Made by a program: the position numbers and the translations under genes
Shown here: piece after piece, positions 31,013-32,000 of the stretch
How the letters are laid out: the number at the start of each line of letters is the position of its first letter
Numbering within the stretch: the stretch's first letter is position 1
The notes under the pieces: generated by a model
Seen by the model: the letters and a program-made list of their open reading frames with translations, nothing else
Databases searched by the model: none
What the model was told of the DNA's origin: nothing
Source: Aliivibrio fischeri ES114
GTDB lineage: Bacteria; Pseudomonadota; Gammaproteobacteria; Enterobacterales; Vibrionaceae
Direction: 5' to 3' (one strand)
Length of the DNA: 32,000 nucleotides
NCBI RefSeq assembly: GCF_000011805.1
Contig: NC_006840.2

Positions 31013-31055
31013 TCATCCTTAGTACTACGCCCTATCATCCTTAAAAAGAGGAGGA
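31013..31055. promoter_or_regulatory. Candidate MalT boxes upstream of the lamB-like gene
   Basis: GGATGA on minus strand at 31013-31018 and 31035-31040; GGAGGA on plus strand at 31050-31055; core GGA(T/G)GA. Confidence 0.4.
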
Positions 31056-31192
31056 GGGCAAAATACCTATTTATTTTTAATCTGTGTCTCGTTCGATAAC
31101 GACAGATGTTTACTTCACTTCCCTACACTGCCATGAGTTAAGTAAACGTTTTCAAATCAAAATATCCTGAAAAAAGGAAATAGGATTTTAAG

Positions 31193-32000
31193 ATGAAAAT
31201 GAATAAATACACATTGCTTGCCGCTGCTGTTTCTACAGCACTATTTTCTGGCGCTACACTTGCTGAAACTGATGTTGCACTGGATGTCATCACAGGTGAC
31301 GAAGCAGCACCAAAAGTTGAAAAAGTAAATGGAACTGATGTTATTTCAGATGGTTGGGAAGTTCACGGTTACGCGTCAATGAACTTCCGCATGGTAGATG
31401 GTGAAACGGTTGATACTGAGTTTGGTAAACCAGACTATAAAACAGCAGGTACTCACGGAAAAAGTACTAACCAAGTTGAATTTGTAATCAAAAAACATAC
31501 TGAACACGCAAATGGCGTTTGGTCTGACTTTGTCGTTCGATCTGAATACGGTAATGGTAACTCTTACGCTTACTCATCTCCTGGTAGCCAAAAAGCCAAC
31601 ACAACGGCACAATTTGAAATCAAAGAAACTTATGTTGAAATTGGTGGCTTGTCTTACCTAGGTGAAGATACATCTATCTGGGGTGGTCAACGTTACCTAA
31701 ACCGTTCTGCAAGTGTACTATCGGGTGAATTCTGGAAACAATCATCAGGCGTTGGTGCAGGTATTCAAACTAAACTTGGTGGCAACACAGCAGGTTTTGC
31801 AATTGTTGCCGCAGATACTGATAGTGATATCAATAGCGGAGCCAGTGACAGACAAACATTAACCTCACACGATTTATACTACTACGGTGTTGATGTTGGC
31901 TTTGGTAGCTTAGATTTTGATTTCAAATACATCACTCAAGCTAATGTTCAAGATGATGACGGTTTCGGCGCATCTATCACATTAAACTCTAGTTACTATG
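31193..32000 (+). CDS. lamB: LamB-like maltoporin, N-terminal part; runs off the window edge
   Basis: MKMNKYTLLAAAVSTALFSGATLAETD signal peptide; WEVHGYASMNFRMVDG, TYVEIGGLSYLGEDTSIWGGQRYLNR characteristic of LamB family. Not in the supplied ORF track because it is open at the edge. Confidence 0.88.
   Translation, partial: MKMNKYTLLAAAVSTALFSGATLAETDVALDVITGDEAAPKVEKVNGTDVISDGWEVHGYASMNFRMVDGETVDTEFGKPDYKTAGTHGKSTNQVEFVIKKHTEHANGVWSDFVVRSEYGNGNSYAYSSPGSQKANTTAQFEIKETYVEIGGLSYLGEDTSIWGGQRYLNRSASVLSGEFWKQSSGVGAGIQTKLGGNTAGFAIVAADTDSDINSGASDRQTLTSHDLYYYGVDVGFGSLDFDFKYITQANVQDDDGFGASITLNSSYY

Overview
This 32 kb window looks like ordinary core chromosome from a Vibrionaceae member, probably Aliivibrio/Vibrio fischeri-like (inferred from gene order and protein similarity recalled from knowledge, not from a search). 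In order it contains: a partial GspA/ExeA-like AAA ATPase; cca; uppP; folK; folB; plsY; tsaD; the macromolecular-synthesis cluster rpsU-yqeY-dnaG-rpoD; a tRNA with CAU anticodon that most resembles tRNA-Ile2; a small outer-membrane beta-barrel gene; an AMP-dependent acyl-CoA ligase; a small membrane protein; pykF; a GntR regulator; a PAS-GGDEF membrane protein; ilvIH; a second long-chain acyl-CoA ligase; leuO; the metBL operon divergent from metJ; a GH13 amylase-like lipoprotein; and the start of a LamB-like maltoporin. I found no convincing novel system, CRISPR array, transposon, phage or toxin/defence island. The observations most worth a second look are: two different 7-bp tandem repeat tracts between cca and uppP, one of which contains the uppP stop codon; four tandem MetJ boxes between metB and metJ plus an adjacent inverted repeat; a perfect 12-bp hairpin and candidate MalT/CRP elements around the GH13-lamB locus; and an unlisted 43-aa membrane micro-ORF with a good ribosome-binding site.
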